From: Raja brachyura
Lineage: Eukaryota
Assembly (NCBI GenBank): GCA_963514005.1
Contig: OY740814.1
Coordinates: forward strand, 15,252,001 to 15,316,000
DNA length: 64,000 bases
Direction of reading: 5' to 3'
The position numbers were made by a program, and so were the translations under genes. The notes beneath the pieces were generated by a model, which saw nothing but the letters and a program-made list of their open reading frames with translations, searched no databases and was not told the DNA's origin. Shown here one piece after another: positions 50,038 to 63,654 of the stretch (position 1 is the stretch's first letter; each line of letters begins with the position of its first letter).

Positions 50038-51517
50038 GTAATGGGATATCGTATTGTTCAGGACTACACGGAGAGCACATGGCATACATAGCTCAGTGTG
50101 TTTCAATGACATGCATGATTACTGGTCTGGTATTATATTTGAGAGTGAGGCCCAATACCTTTGGTTCAGTGCACTGGGGTTGATGGATCGGTCATTGAAA
50201 CACTTTGAATTCAATTATTCCTTTGCCATTCACTTGCATTTTCATTGGCAAGTGGACTGTCAGGATCAGTTGATAAGCTGATTTCAGGCTGTGCTGCTTG
50301 AAGATATTTGCAATTCGATGAACTCTCCCAACTTGCAGCCAGTGAAATCCCTGTGATCAGTTGCCACGACTAAAGAAAATGCCCATGGCGTGGTTACATA
50401 AACTTTAATGATGGTTGAGATAGAAACATTGACTGAGACACTGAGGGGAACTGTGCTGCTCTTCTTCAAAGGCAACCTGGGTTTAATGTCTTATACTCCA
50501 TCAATAAGATTTTGCATCTGACTCTTGGATACATCACTAAGTTTGATATTCTAGGAGTGAAAAGTTAAGCTGAGAACCCATCTACTTTCTTGTATGGATG
50601 TAAAGAACCAATTTGGGTAGTTAGTTTAGTTTTATTGCCCTATAAACGATGTATGGAATGAAATTCCTTGTTTATATGAAGCTCATAGAGTAAATAATAC
50701 ACATACTGTAATGATAGCTATAACAATAAGTACAATGGGGAGTGCAAAACAGCACAATGGTGCAAGATTGTATTGCAATCGGAGTGTAAAATAATCTTAT
50801 AAAGTACAATAACGGAATTAACATCCGGCGTAGAGTTAACTGGAAGTATACTTGGCCGCATTGCTGAGAAATGGGTGTGAAAGAGGTGATTGGTTCAGGA
50901 GTCAGATAGCAGTGGGGAAAAAGCTGTTTTTAAGTTTGTACATTCAGGCTTCCAAGCTCCTAATATCCCAGTAGGAGAAGAAATATCAGGGAATAGCCAG
51001 GTTGGCAGGCATCCTTGACGAGCAAAGAAATCCTATGGATTGATCCTTACCAATGGAGTAGACTACAAGTGAGCAAAGTGTTCAGTGACACACCGAGTCA
51101 CATGGCAGACCATTGTCTATTGTGCCATACCTTCAGCAGCTTGCAAGTGGAATTTTAGCATTTTATTTACCACCAGTTTGGAAGGCAGTTCGAAGACTCA
51201 GAACAGCTAAGGTGGCAATTTTCCTTCCCTAATGTACATGAGATGGATCACAAGAATTCAATAGTATTAATATACTAATTATACTGAATTAACTGGAATT
51301 ATTTAATAAACTGAGTTTAAAGTCACTTAAATTTGCCTTCAAACTCTCATGTGCTGGATTACTAATCTAATATCATAACTGCCATTGCATCATGCTCAAT
51401 ACACAACCACTGCAGGTTTTGCTGAGTTGGCGGCTCACATGATATTCTGTTGAGAGCGATATGCTTATCTTTGTTTTACGGTCCACCTGTAACCAGCTGA
51501 TACTCTCTCTAACCCAG

Positions 51518-51678
51518 GATCGCTTATCCAAGTACCAATGACTGAGAAAGGGAAGATTACCCGCGGCCGGTTGGGATCGCTCTCACTGAAAAAGGAGGGA
51601 GAGAAGCAATGTTTTCTGTTCTCTAAACACTTGATAGTTTGTACCCGAGGATCGGGTGGGAAACTCCATCTAACTAAA
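51518..51678 (+). CDS. RASGRF1: RASGRF1 exon 10 (PH2)
   Basis: acccag|GATCG...ACTAAA|gtaggt; [53 protein letters not shown]. Confidence 0.96.
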
Positions 51679-52110
51679 GTAGGTGACCAATGCAAGTGTG
51701 TTCTTTCATCTCAAAATGTAATATGTGCAGAAATGCTGCAGCATTAGCACTGAAAGAAGTGATGTACACAATAAATACATGTATTTTTGCTGCCCATCCA
51801 TCAATGTGCTAGATTTTTGAAAGAGTTCTCTATTCAATGCCTCTTTTTCCCCAAAGTTCTGCAAATGTCCCCTTTCATCAAATTTCCCCTTCGAAAGTAA
51901 CGATCGATTACCCACTATTGTTCACTTTAAAATAACATGTTCCAGAAAAATGCTGTGTTTAAATCTCTCATCTTCCCTCTGGTTACCAGCCTTCTGTGGA
52001 AGCAGCTTCTTCTCATTGACTCTATCCAAACTCCATGTGCTTTTGAAGACCTCTTTTGAATTTCCCCTCCGTTTTCTCGACTCTCAGAAGAACAATCCCA
52101 GCAACTCATC

Positions 52111-52483
52111 AATAGACAATAGGCAATAGGTGCAGGAGTAGGCCATTCGGCCCTTCGAGCCAGCACCGCCATTCTATGTGATCATGGCTGATCATCCACA
52201 ATCAGTACCCCGTTCCTGCCTTCTCCCCATATCCCCCTATTTTTAAGAGCCCTATCGAGCTCTCTCTTGAAAGCATCCAGAGAACCTGCCTCCACCACCC
52301 TCTGAGGCAGAGAATTCCACAGACTCACCACTCTCTGTGAGAAAAAGTGTTTCCTTGTCTCCGTTCTAAATGGCTTACTCCTTATTCTTAAACTGTGGCC
52401 CCTGGTTCTGGACTCCCCCAACATCGGGAACATGTTTCCTGCCTCTAGTGTGTCCAAGCCCTTAACAATCTTATATGTTTCAA
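52111..52483 (-). mobile_element. CR1 LINE 3' end
   Basis: ETYKIVKGLDTLEAGNMFPMLGESRTRGHSLRIRSKPFRTETRKHFFSQRVVSLWNSLPQ. Confidence 0.88.
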
Positions 52484-54044
52484 CGCCCCACATCTTTCGT
52501 CCTTGGGCTCACTTTAATAAATATCCTCTCCGAGGTCATGATCGTTGGAAAATTGTTCAGAATGGTGTAGCCAGTGACAAGGTGAAATGTGTTTTTGGCA
52601 ATATCTTACTCCAATGTTTCAAATGTGATTTTGAGGAATTCCTCACCCGAGGATCAAAGTCTGAACATTGGAAGCAGGCTCAACCTGAGAGGCTGGCTGG
52701 ATATCAAGCTGGGAATCCATCCATGGCCAAATGTTGGAGGAGATTTGATAATCTGGTCACAAGTCAGCAGTTGAGGCTCAGTTTTAGGATGTTCATTTTA
52801 AATTTGATAAACAATGGAATTAAGGGAAGTATTAAAGGCCACATTAATGGAATTACATCACATATCACTCAAAAATTACAATAAGGTCGAACAGGCTTGA
52901 GAGAATAATGGGCTCCTCCTCTTGCGTTGTCCTTCAATATATATTTATGTCACAAATATAGACCATTCTCCCACACACTCAGATATTTCTCTGCTTCCTC
53001 ATCCCCCCCATGTGATAATCACTGTGGCTGGTTTTGTTTTTCAGATGCTGTTTGACAGTAAACGAGTAAGTACATCAGAAGCTGCTCAGGGAATTTGACC
53101 CTCCCTCAGTGCCAGGCTGGTGGGAACCTTTCTGGAAGTGAAAGGTTGGGGCTTTGGGGTTAGACTAAACCTCCCATCATTTGTACAGTGCAGAATGTAC
53201 AGGGGTTCCATTCAGGGATCTCCCCATTGCTTTTACCAGTGACCTCACAGGTCTTGGAACTCCCTGGCCCTGACACAGAATCTCTGTTAATTTATGAAAA
53301 CTACCACCTCTCTGGGGACCGCTGAGAGGATTCTGACCACTGGCACTGGACCCAATGTGAATGCCCCAGTGTTGGGGATCTCACTGGAAAAAGAACCAGG
53401 TATGTCCAGCTCCCCCCCCCCCCCCCCCCCCACCTCCCCCCCGGTGCCTGGGGGAGTGCAATACATCTACCCACACCATGCCATCAACAAGCTCACGTGC
53501 AGAGAGCACCGAGCAGGAAGCTGCAGGTAAAGGTCAGTGTGTAGTACATAATGTTCTGTCAGTACCAGGGTGGGCATCAGACCATGGAAAGCAGAATCCA
53601 GGCCAACCTCATGCTCTCTGAAGCAAATCAGGACCAGTTTTCACTCCCTCCCCTTCTTTCCCATTGTTTCCCACCCAACTACAGCACCATTAGTGCTCCC
53701 CTTGTCAGCCAACAACCAACTGCACTGAGTCATGTGTGTGTGACTCTGCTCCAGACAAGAGTAGGTGCCTATGGGGAGGTGAACCTTCAATTATTTATGT
53801 ATGTGACCTCCTGTTCTCGTGTTTCTTGCATCTCATGTATGACCTCACCATTGATTACCTTTCTTCAATGTATTATGAAAATGTGTCATTTCACACCTTT
53901 CTGTTAATTACCACCAGCGTGTGCCTGGCCATTTCACTAATGATATGTATCATTCCAGGGATGAACTCAGCTGTGAGAAAGAATGTCATTTATCTTTAAG
54001 TCAAATCTTGTTTGCCTTTTCAAGTGGTTTTAATTGCCTTACAG

Positions 54045-54108
54045 AATGGTGTTCTCTCACTTATTGACTGCACCTTGCTGGAGGACCCAGAGACCACAGA
54101 AGATGAGA
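54045..54108 (+). CDS. RASGRF1: RASGRF1 exon 11 (PH2)
   Basis: ttacag|AATGGT...GAGA|gtatgt; NGVLSLIDCTLLEDPETTEDE. Confidence 0.93.
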
Positions 54109-54466
54109 GTATGTAAAAAGAGTTACAATATAGTGTTTGTGTGCAAGTGTGAATGGGCGTGAGCACCTATGAGTGTGAATCTGTGAGTGTGTGTGTATGT
54201 GTCGGTGCGTGTTTATGCCCAAGACTGGGCTTGCACACAAGACTGAGCACATTAATTTGTGTTTGTGTGTATCGGTGAGAGGTCTGTGTGTGTACTTGCT
54301 TCTGTAAGTTGGCAGGTTAAATCAATATATCAACTCCTGGAACCAAAGCCTGACTTCAGTCTAATTCTATTCTAAGGGCTCTCACTGAACCCTGCCTTGG
54401 TACAGCCTTGGTGAAAAGAGCCTCAGCACTAAAGGTTAAAGTTGTTGTTGAATTTATGTTTCCCAC

Positions 54467-54945
54467 CAAGCTGGAAAGGGTACAGAGAAGATTTACGAGG
54501 ATGTTGTCAGGACTAGAGAGTCTGAGCTATAGGAGGGAGGTTGAGTAGGCTGGGACTCTATTCCTTAGAGCACAGGAGGATGATGGGTTATCTTATAGAT
54601 CATGAGAGGAATAAATCAGGTAGATGCATAGAGTCTCTTGCCCAGAGTAGGTAAATCGAGGACCAGAGGACATAGGCTTAAGGTGAAGGGGAAAAGATGT
54701 AATAGGAATCTGAGTTTTTCCCACAAATGGAGGTAGATGTATGAAACATGTGGCTGGAGGAGGTAGTTGAGGTAGGGACTATCCCAACATTTAAGAAGCA
54801 ATTAGGCAGGCACATGGATAGGATAGGTTTGGAGGGATGTAGACCAAATGCTGGCAGGTGGGACTAGTGTAGCTGGGACATGTTGGCCTGTGTGGGCAAG
54901 TTGGGCGGAAGTTGTTTTCACACTGTATCAATCTATGACTATGAC
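54467..54945 (+). mobile_element. CR1 LINE 3' fragment, same family as the DIRS host LINE
   Basis: Colinear with 34145-34645 (aagctg..agggt.cagagaagatttacgaggatgttg ... ctatgact tail). Confidence 0.85.
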
Positions 54946-55721
54946 TAAGAAAGCATCTCAACTGACAGCCTTTTCTATTAAGGCAGCACGTACATAAAAT
55001 AACTGCACCTCGATGATCTTGTCCATTACGTTCTCCTGATTTTGACCATCACAGTCCTTCTGGTGAACATGCTCCCACGGTGCAGTTGAGCAGGATGTTC
55101 CAGTGATGATGAAGGAACAATAATGTATTCCCAGATCAGGATCATGAGCAGCATGGCTGGGGGGAGGAGGTGGGGAACCAGTAGTGAATGGTGCACCTGT
55201 GTGTAAGTAACTCTCTGGGATAGATTGGTCAGGCTGTCTCAAATAGGCTTTGAGCCAAGGCAGGAAGGCCAGAGGACCTAAACTAATAGATACGGTAGAG
55301 GTTCAAGCAAGAATATTGGGGATTCTATTTCTGAGGCTGCGGAAAGGAATGCACATGAGGCATGGTCAAGGGATATTTACTCTGTTTCTCTCTGTGCATC
55401 TGGCACCAGGTCAGATGCAAGAAAAGTCCTGAATTCTATTGTCTTTAATTCCATTAAATCCCCATTTGGGCACTATTCCTAGATGTATTAATTCATGTCT
55501 GGTGCCTGTTGCTTTGGGAGAGCAAAATGGGGAATCAATTGGATGATGCATGACTGGAAGTAATGGCACAATCTGGGAGTTGAAGCTGTGGGCTGGGCGG
55601 CTGTGGTTTGGCTTGTCAGGGATGTTATGATATTCGGGACAAATTCAAGATGGTGGGAGAGGGAAAAGAACCAATTGGTGTGCCACTGTTGCTGTGATTC
55701 TTTTATTTTTTAATCTGCCAG

Positions 55722-55858
55722 GTCGAGGAGCAGGTCAAGACATGGAACACCTTGATTTCAAACTTGTGGTGGAACCGAAAGATACTCCATCATTCACTGT
55801 GATTCTGGTGGCCTCATCACGGCAAGAGAAAGCTGCATGGACAAGTGATATTAGCCAG
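55722..55858 (+). CDS. RASGRF1: RASGRF1 exon 12 (PH2)
   Basis: tgccag|GTCGAG...AGCCAG|gtgagt; [45 protein letters not shown]. Confidence 0.95.
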
Positions 55859-56121
55859 GTGAGTGAATTCTCATAGAATCATGCAGGCAAAGACTGTTTG
55901 GCCATTGTTCATGTCCCAATGTGAAAGAGCCTCTCTTCTCATCTCACTCCTCCTGTCCTTTTCCTGGGCTTTCTCACTGATTATTGCTCTGGCTCTCACT
56001 CCTTTCTTCTTCAAAAGGTTCCTAATCTTCTCCCTCTTTGACAAAAGTTTAATTTTAGTATCTCCTCATGTAGTTGGTAATAAACTGTTTGTTGGTGCTC
56101 CTGAGAAATATCTTGGCAGTT

Positions 56122-56215
56122 CTGAAGAAAGGTCTCGACCCGAAACGTCGCCTATCTCCTTCGCTCCTTAGATGCTGCTGCACCCGCTGAGTTTCTCCAG
56201 CTTTTTGTGTAACCC
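56122..56215 (+). mobile_element. Penelope-terminus short repeat with perfect 11-bp TSD
   Basis: CTGAAGAAAGGTCTCGACCCGAAACGTCG...; TCTTGGCAGTT at 56111-56121 and 56216-56226. Confidence 0.85.
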
Positions 56216-56493
56216 TCTTGGCAGTTATACTGTGTTAAAAGCTCATTAATTATTGCTCTATGGCCATAGATAGGTGCTTAATTTACCAACAGTAATTTTG
56301 GTTCTTAGAGAATACAATTCTTGCTGAAAATATTCAGCAGATCAGGGAACATCAAAGGTGGGAGAAACAGATTAATATTTCAAACTTTTAACTTTTCATC
56401 CAGTTGTTCAAAACTTTGCATGGTGTTCTGTTTTTAAAAAAAAGGTCTGCAGTTTTTCTATTATTATATACCAAATTATTTCTCTCTCTCCAG

Positions 56494-56576
56494 TGCATAG
56501 ACAACATTCGATGCAATGGTCTGATGATGAATGCATTTGAAGAAAACTCCAAAGTCACAGTTCCACAGATGATTAA
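56494..56576 (+). CDS. RASGRF1: RASGRF1 exon 13
   Basis: ctccag|TGCATA...ATTAA|gtaagt; [27 protein letters not shown]. Confidence 0.95.
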
Positions 56577-57112
56577 GTAAGTGATAATTCACTGCATCTC
56601 TACTCACCTCACAGAAGCAATTGGGTACAGAGTCTCTTTAATGCAATCAGAATTTAGTCACATAGTGGCTAAGTTACTGGGCTAGAAATCTGCAAACATA
56701 AAAACATAATGCTGTTCAGGGAAATAAATCTGTTCATCTTATCCATTATGGTCCCATGACTCTATTGCATTGAATCCATGACAGATTCTGGATGCGTCTT
56801 AACTACCTTTGACATGCCTTACCAAGCACTCTGCTGTCACATCACCTTCTCATGGCTATTAGGGATGGATAATGATTGACGGCCTTGCCAGCAACCCTCG
56901 CATCCCATTATAAAATTTTTAAAAAACACTCCCAAACAACAAAAGTAGGACTTGACATATCTCTGTTATGCAGCTCCATTTCTATCTGCTGTGGGATAGA
57001 CATTCTACTATAATATACTGGCTAAGAAGTTCCTTTTGTTATTGGGGCTGAAGTTGTCAAATACTGTACGTCTGCTACAGGGAGTTTGAGACTGTACCCT
57101 TAACTTATTAAG

Positions 57113-57910
57113 GGTCTGGCGTGGAAGAAACTGTTCCTTAGTTTGGTGTTATGTGCTTTCAAAGTGTTGTATCTTCTGCCCAACGGGGGACGAGAGAAGA
57201 GGGTGTGTAATTGGTCCTTGATTTTGTTGGCTGCTTTCCCGAGGCAGTGTGAAGTGCAGATGGAGTTTGCTTTGTATGATGGACTGGGCTACATCTACAA
57301 CTTTCTTCAATTTCTTGCTGACTTGATGCTATCTGCAGCGCATCCATAGAAGTTGGTAAGAGATGTTGGAGACATGCCAAACTTCCTTAGTCTTCTAAGA
57401 ATATAGAGGCATTGCGGTGCTTTCTTGGCTGTAGCTTCAATGTAGTTGGTCCAAGACAAAATTGTTGGTGATTCATACGACTAGGAACTTGAATCTGTTG
57501 ACCATATCAATTTCAGCACCAAAGATGATGATTAGGACTTGTACACTACTTTGTTTTTTTATGAAATCAATAACTAACCTTAATTTTTCTGACATTGAGA
57601 GGGGTTGTCTTGACACCATGTTACTAGCTCTCTTTCTCCTCTTGTTCTCCGTTTTTGCCATTGTTTGAAATCTAGCCAACTATGGTGGTGTCATCTGCAA
57701 ACTTGTAAATGGAGTTAGAGCAAAATTTGGCCACACAATTGGGAGTGTATAGGGAGTGTGGTAGGGGCTGAGAACAAATCCTTGCAGGGCACCAGTGTTG
57801 AAACAACAAGGTTGTTTTGTTGCCTATCTTCCCTGATTGTAGTCTATCAGTCAGGAATCGAAGATCCAGTGGTGGAGGAGGGTACTGACTCCTAGATCTA
57901 TGAGTTTGGT
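57113..57910 (-). mobile_element. Rex1/Babar-like LINE RT fragment
   Basis: Minus strand caacactggtgccctgcaagga (NTGALQG), tacaagtttgcagatgacacc (YKFADDT), VNRFKFL. Confidence 0.7.
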
Positions 57911-58298
57911 ACTACAATTTTCTGCCACTAAATATTAGGAAAGGTGAGTGTTTGCATCCTCTTGAGCTGTTAAGCCAATTAATGAGATTGTGATTGTTCT
58001 ATTACATCTTAACCGCAGAAATTCTACCTTTCACCCATATCGCACCAACGTTGGTTATCTATCAGTCTCAGACTTAAAATTAACAATTGATCTGGCATCA
58101 ATTGCCATTGACAATCTGCATCTTAACTCTAAGTACCCGTCTCAGCTCGATATCCATTGAAATCACATACTGTACTGTATGTACAAAAATCTGCCAAACA
58201 TTATCTGGAAATTTACCAGAAACTACATTGTCTGCATTCCAAATGACAGTCCACATTTTCCTGATCGTGATACTCATTATTTTCATTGTAACTGGCAG

Positions 58299-58547
58299 GT
58301 CTGACACCAGCCTTTACTGTGATGATGTGGATATAAGGTTCAGCAAAACCCTCAACTCCTGCAAAGTTCTCCAGATTCGCTATGCAACCGTGGAGCGTCT
58401 ATTGGAGCGCCTGACTGACCTGCGCTTCTTAAGTATAGACTTCCTCAACACGTTCCTGCATTCGTACCGGGTTTTCACCACAGCCGAAGTGGTACTGGAC
58501 AAGCTCATCACCATTTACAAGAAGCCAATAAGTGCGATACCTGCAAG
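58299..58547 (+). CDS. RASGRF1: RASGRF1 exon 14 (REM / RasGEF-N)
   Basis: tggcag|GTCTGAC...GCAAG|gtgatg; [59 protein letters not shown]... Confidence 0.96.
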
Positions 58548-58987
58548 GTGATGTCTCTCTGTGTCCCTGTTTTGGTGTGTGATACATTTAAACCTACTAT
58601 ACATGTGTGTGCACAAGCATATGTCATGTGGAAAGAATGAGTCCAATCATATGCGTAATGATGTCAGTAATACATTTACAGAATTGAAATCATTGAGTTC
58701 TTGTTCTAATGAGAGCATTTCCACTATTAATTTTGAGTGAGGCAGATTTGCCACACTGTCAATAATTCAATAATTCCTTCCAACATTCTCTCCCAAAAAC
58801 ACATAAAAATCAATAACCATAGTGTGTTTAGATTGCCTGAAAGGGATAATAATGAAGAGAGTAACTCTCAGCAAAGTGTGTTTGATTTCACAGTCTGCCC
58901 TAATCGTTTAATGATGCTTATGGTTAAATAAATGGAGCAATTATACATCAATCATCCTATTAACACTAGATTTCCTCTCAAATGTAG

Positions 58988-59358
58988 GTCACTTGAACTC
59001 TTTCTTGCAAGCAGCCAAAATAATAAACTTCTGTACAGGGAGCCCCCAAAATCCCCACGAGCGAGTCGGAAATTTTCCTCCCCGCCGCCCCTTTCTATTT
59101 CTAAGACATCGTCACCAATTCGGAGGAGGAAGCTTTCCCTGAATATTCCCATTATCACGGGGGGAAAGGCCCTGGACCTTGCCACCATGACCTGCTCATC
59201 CAATGGCTATGCAAGCATGTACTCCTCGCCATCCCCCTTCAGCAAGACCAGCCTGGATATCAACAAACTGTACGTGTCCAGCACCTATTCCAACAAACTC
59301 TCCGATGAGCAAGAAGCCAAATCAGACAAAGCTGAAGATTCTGGTCCCAGTAAAGGAG
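58988..59358 (+). CDS. RASGRF1: RASGRF1 exon 15 (Ser/Pro-rich linker)
   Basis: atgtag|GTCACTT...GGAG|gtgagt; [64 protein letters not shown]... Confidence 0.94.
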
Positions 59359-60059
59359 GTGAGTTGTTAGAACACTTCAAAAGCCAATAGAGTTAAATGG
59401 TGAATGGTCATGAAAAGAATGGTTCTACAACTCACATCTTGGCGCCAGGGTTCTCAAGATGTAGCTGCTGTTGGTTTGGCCAACACTTATTGCTTGTCCC
59501 TAATTATGTTATGAGACTATGAAAGTGCTCCTCGCTGAACCTTGCAGCCTGTACTGTTCAAGGGAAGACACTACCCTCCTATTTAATGACAATGCGTAAA
59601 TGGCAACATGGTGAGAGGGTATGTGAGATGGAGGCGTTGGTTTTCCTTTGCACTTAATGTACAATGATAGGAAATATTTAATTGATATTTGTCATGGTGT
59701 CCATCAGTTACTATGGGGAAAATGGCCACTTCGCAGTTTACCTGGGAGCTTGGGGCTTTGACATATATATGTCCGGTATCTTGATTAGTTGATCCATTAC
59801 TAGTAAAGGTGCTGGCGTTTATGTGAGTAAGACTGGTGTGGACAAAAAGGCTTATTTACTGTAGGCTGCCTGCTTCTCATGTCAGCTATTGTAGCCAGGC
59901 CCCTTTCAGGTCAAGAAAGACAGTCCTTCACTGAAATCGACACTGAGGGGCCAATTATTTCACACAGCCCCCCGTTGAAAAGAGAAAGATTTCCAGGTGC
60001 AGATATGCATGGATTGAGCGCACTCCAGACATATAATGAATTTCTCATTTTGCAAGTAG

Positions 60060-60185
60060 GTGCAGCCAGGACAGTCAAGGAGGATTCCGAGATTGAGCAA
60101 GGCTTCAGTGATGAGGCTGAGACAGAAACATCACCGACAAAATCTCCAACGTCTCCAAAAAAACTAAAATCAAAGAACTCTTCAG
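60060..60185 (+). CDS. RASGRF1: RASGRF1 exon 16 (acidic/PEST-like linker); acceptor ambiguous (60057/60060/60066)
   Basis: AARTVKEDSEIEQGFSDEAETETSPTKSPTSPKKLKSKNSS; donor TCAG|gtacgg; three in-frame AG acceptors. Confidence 0.88.
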
Positions 60186-61190
60186 GTACGGAGCAAAGAA
60201 CCTGGTGTCAGCTCACAATAAGATCAAACAATCTCCTTCAACCGGGGAATTTTGTGTCCTTGTAACCTTTTCCCGACTCTGTAACTTGTTTAGGATTCCT
60301 GTCTCTGTAATCTCTTTAGCCCCAACAGTTCTTGGAAAAACTGTAACCACCTCCAACCTCTGCAGCTGTCTAACACAGCATGACCACCTCCATTCACTAC
60401 AATCATATCATTTTCACCACCTTCAGCCCTGACCCTCTGAGACCACTGCATTCTTCCATGTCTAGCTTTTTGTATTTATTCATTAATAGCCCCCTAGGTC
60501 CCGATATCTGGAATTCCCTGGCTTAACAAGCCTTTCCTCCTTTAAGATGTTCTTTAAAAACAACCATTTTGTTACCTGCCCCACTATCACCTTATGCAAG
60601 TGTCTAATTTTGTTTAATAATATTTCCATAAATGTGTTCAGATGCACTTTCTCCAACTCAAAGATTTGTTACAATACTTTTTCAGAAGGTTGTATTTCTT
60701 GTTTGACTAGCATGCTCTGCAGACTACAGACATACATTTTAGGTAGGATTTTTTATGTATGTCATTTCTTTCTTGTTTTTTAATTCTTCTCTTACTTTAG
60801 AAGTATAATTGTCCCATTATTCTGTTTTATCAAGAATAATATACCTCATCATTATATAGCAGTTGTATTTCATACAGAAAAATAAAACTATTAATGCAGA
60901 GAATTTGGGGGTATTGAGGGAATCAAGGGATATGGATGATTGCAAGAAAGTGTACACAGGAACAACAGCTATTAGCTTGTTGAATGGTGAAACAGGCATG
61001 AGGGGCTAAATGGTTTTCTTCTGCTTTTAGTTTTTATATTCCGATGTTCTCACAAATGGCTTTCTAGAGAATTATATACACTATAGCATAGATAAGTTGG
61101 CACAGCCAGTATAAGTTCAAATATATCACAAGCGAGTGATTGAAATAGCCAGGAGTTGTGGATTACCTGTGACCTTCTTTGCCTCTGCAG

Positions 61191-61361
61191 AGTTCCCCTT
61201 GTTTTCCTACAATAACGGAGTGGTAGTCACCTCCAGTCGGGAGATGGAGAACAATCGTAGTGCACTGTCAGCGACCTCAGCCTTTGCCATTGCGACGGCT
61301 GGTGCCAACGAGGGCACTCCTACCAAGGAGAAGTTCAGGAGAATGTCCCTGGCCAGCGCAG
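61191..61361 (+). CDS. RASGRF1: RASGRF1 exon 17 (contains the RRMS PKA-type site)
   Basis: ctgcag|AGTTCC...GCAG|gtaccc; FPLFSYNNGVVVTSSREMENNRSALSATSAFAIATAGANEGTPTKEKFRRMSLASA. Confidence 0.95.
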
Positions 61362-61953
61362 GTACCCTTTGGTTTTGGCACGTGTGATCGGATTTCTTAA
61401 TGCTGAATCTTTATTAATAAAGTCCCCTGTTAATTGATTCTAGACATAATAGATACTCCAATAGCCAGCAGAAGACGGTTTCAAAGATCAATCAATAAGA
61501 AAGTGGGTCAAGTAGCTAAATGAAATTGCATTTCTGCCTGCTTTTACTATTAATGTAGTTAATGCATTTTCAATGAAATCGTGCTTTTTTGGAGCTAGAT
61601 TCATATGAAATATCAAAAAGGAGGCACGAGGTCCCTTGTGTCTGCCTCAGCTCTTTTAAAGAGTGTTATATTGGGATCAGATCAATAAATGGCTAAATGT
61701 TCTTGATTGTAAGTGAGAAATATAAATGACGCATTACATTCTCTTATGAACAATATTCTAAATTAGCACAGATGATGATGAGTTGGCAGTGGTAACGGAA
61801 TAACAGTTGATGGTTAGTGAGGATCCACATAACGCCACAATAGAGAACAGAGTTGAATTGAATTTATGTGACAATGTAAGGTGGGCAGTAGCGAGACTAA
61901 GAGCAAATAGAAATAAAAAAACTGGGGAGAGTCTACAACATTACAGAATCTCC

Positions 61954-62094
61954 NNNNNNNNNNNNNNNNNNNNNNNNNNNNNNNNNNNNNNNNNNNNNNN
62001 NNNNNNNNNNNNNNNNNNNNNNNNNNNNNNNNNNNNNNNNNNNNNNNNNNNNNNNNNNNNNNNNNNNNNNNNNNNNNNNNNNNNNNNNNNNNNN
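61954..62094. other. Assembly gap (141 N) in intron 17
   Basis: Run of N. Confidence 1.
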
Positions 62095-63115
62095 GGGGAG
62101 GTGGTGGACAAATTCTGCTATGATATCCCAGCAAATCTGCCATAATCTCCAGAAGTCAATTTCTAGGAAAACCATCATAAAAGGGAATATTAATCGAAAT
62201 TTGAACAAGTTATGAGCTTGTCCAGACCCTGCGGCTAGACAATATATTTAAAAATGGAACAAAAGGTAAATATAGGGTTTGTGTGAAGTGTAACCACTGC
62301 ACAGAATCTGTGAACTTGTGCATGGATTTGACCTATTGCCGAGCAATTTGTGTTCATGGCAGTGGTAACTCCACTCGTATTAATAAGATTTAAAGGGGCA
62401 GGCACCAAAGCTGGAATTTTTTTTTAATAAGTGAGAGAAATAAATTTGTGCAGAGTCACATGTTCCAAGTGCACATTACAGCATGGTTGTACAGTGCTGC
62501 TGAAATTCAGTTCCACTGATTTCATTGGTGAATTTTGAAAGTAGCTGCTGGTGTATTGCATGTGGAGCACATATGAATGAGGACCTATTTCGACCCACTT
62601 GCTTAACCTTAACGGACCCTAGATAGACAGTGAAGGAATTAAAGGATATGTAGTTAGTGACACAGAAGTAAAAAATCAGCCATGATCTTACTCAATGACA
62701 GGGCAGACATGTTTTGTGATTATTATATTCTTAACTCGCCTGAGATTTGGTGAGAGATAGTGAACCTGTTTGGGTATAAAATTTGAATGGGATTTGGACT
62801 TGGAATATTTTTCTGACTGTTGGCATGATTAAACAAGCTCAAACATGCTACGGTTCAGATTCCTGTGTTAGGTACACAGCTTGCATCTACCACACCCCAC
62901 AGGCCTCACGATGCGTCCCAACTTTAAAAGTTCCTCTTTCACTCAAATGTCACTACAGCTGTTCACCTCAGAAACCCCCCAAACCCAAACCAGCTCTCTC
63001 TTCCTCTTTCAGCATGCTGGGGCTGAAACACTATCATTGTGAGAAGACCTTCCCCCAACAGAAACCACTGCACATGGCCTCCTTGCTGAAAGATAGCTCA
63101 GCGCAGATTACTCGA

Positions 63116-63417
63116 GGGTGGCACAGTGGTACTGCAGTGGATTTGCTTCCTACTGCGCCAGAGACCCGGGTTCAAACCTGACTACAGATGCTGTCTGTAC
63201 GGAGTTTGCATGTTCTCCCTGTGACCGCGTGAGTTTTCTGCAGTTGCTCTGGTTTTCTCCCACATTCCAAAGATGTGCAGGTTTGTAGGTTAATTGGCTT
63301 CTGTAAATTATACCTAGTGTGTAGGATAGAACTCGTGTATTAGTGATCATTGGTTGGCATGGACTCGGTGGGCTGAAGGGCCTGTTTTCCATGCTGTATC
63401 TCTAAACTAAACTAAAC
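63116..63417 (+). mobile_element. tRNA-derived SINE (HE1/V-SINE-like)
   Basis: ggcacagtgg...ccgggttcaaacc...gggcctgttttccatgctgtatctc(taaac)n; colinear with 7166-7475. Confidence 0.85.
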
Positions 63418-63654
63418 ATGTGGCCTCGCACTGCAACCCGAGCTAAGCTCCAGGTGCATAATCTTTTTCATAACTAATACAAGTCCAACATAGATAGTCA
63501 GGTTCTGTCAGACTCAAGTTGGGAGGCCAAGCTCCAGTGTGAGAGAGGGAGAGATATAATCAAATGCTGAGTCGTCAGTTCCCTATAGACGATGTGCCAA
63601 GGTGATCTCTGATGTCCACTATTATTTCTGAATATATTTTTGCATTGATTCCAG

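Noticed and set aside
56577-58298. Small alternative exon corresponding to the insert recalled in the long human RASGRF1 isoform between these exons
   Set aside because: No recognisable candidate by eye; exons 13 and 14 join in frame without it
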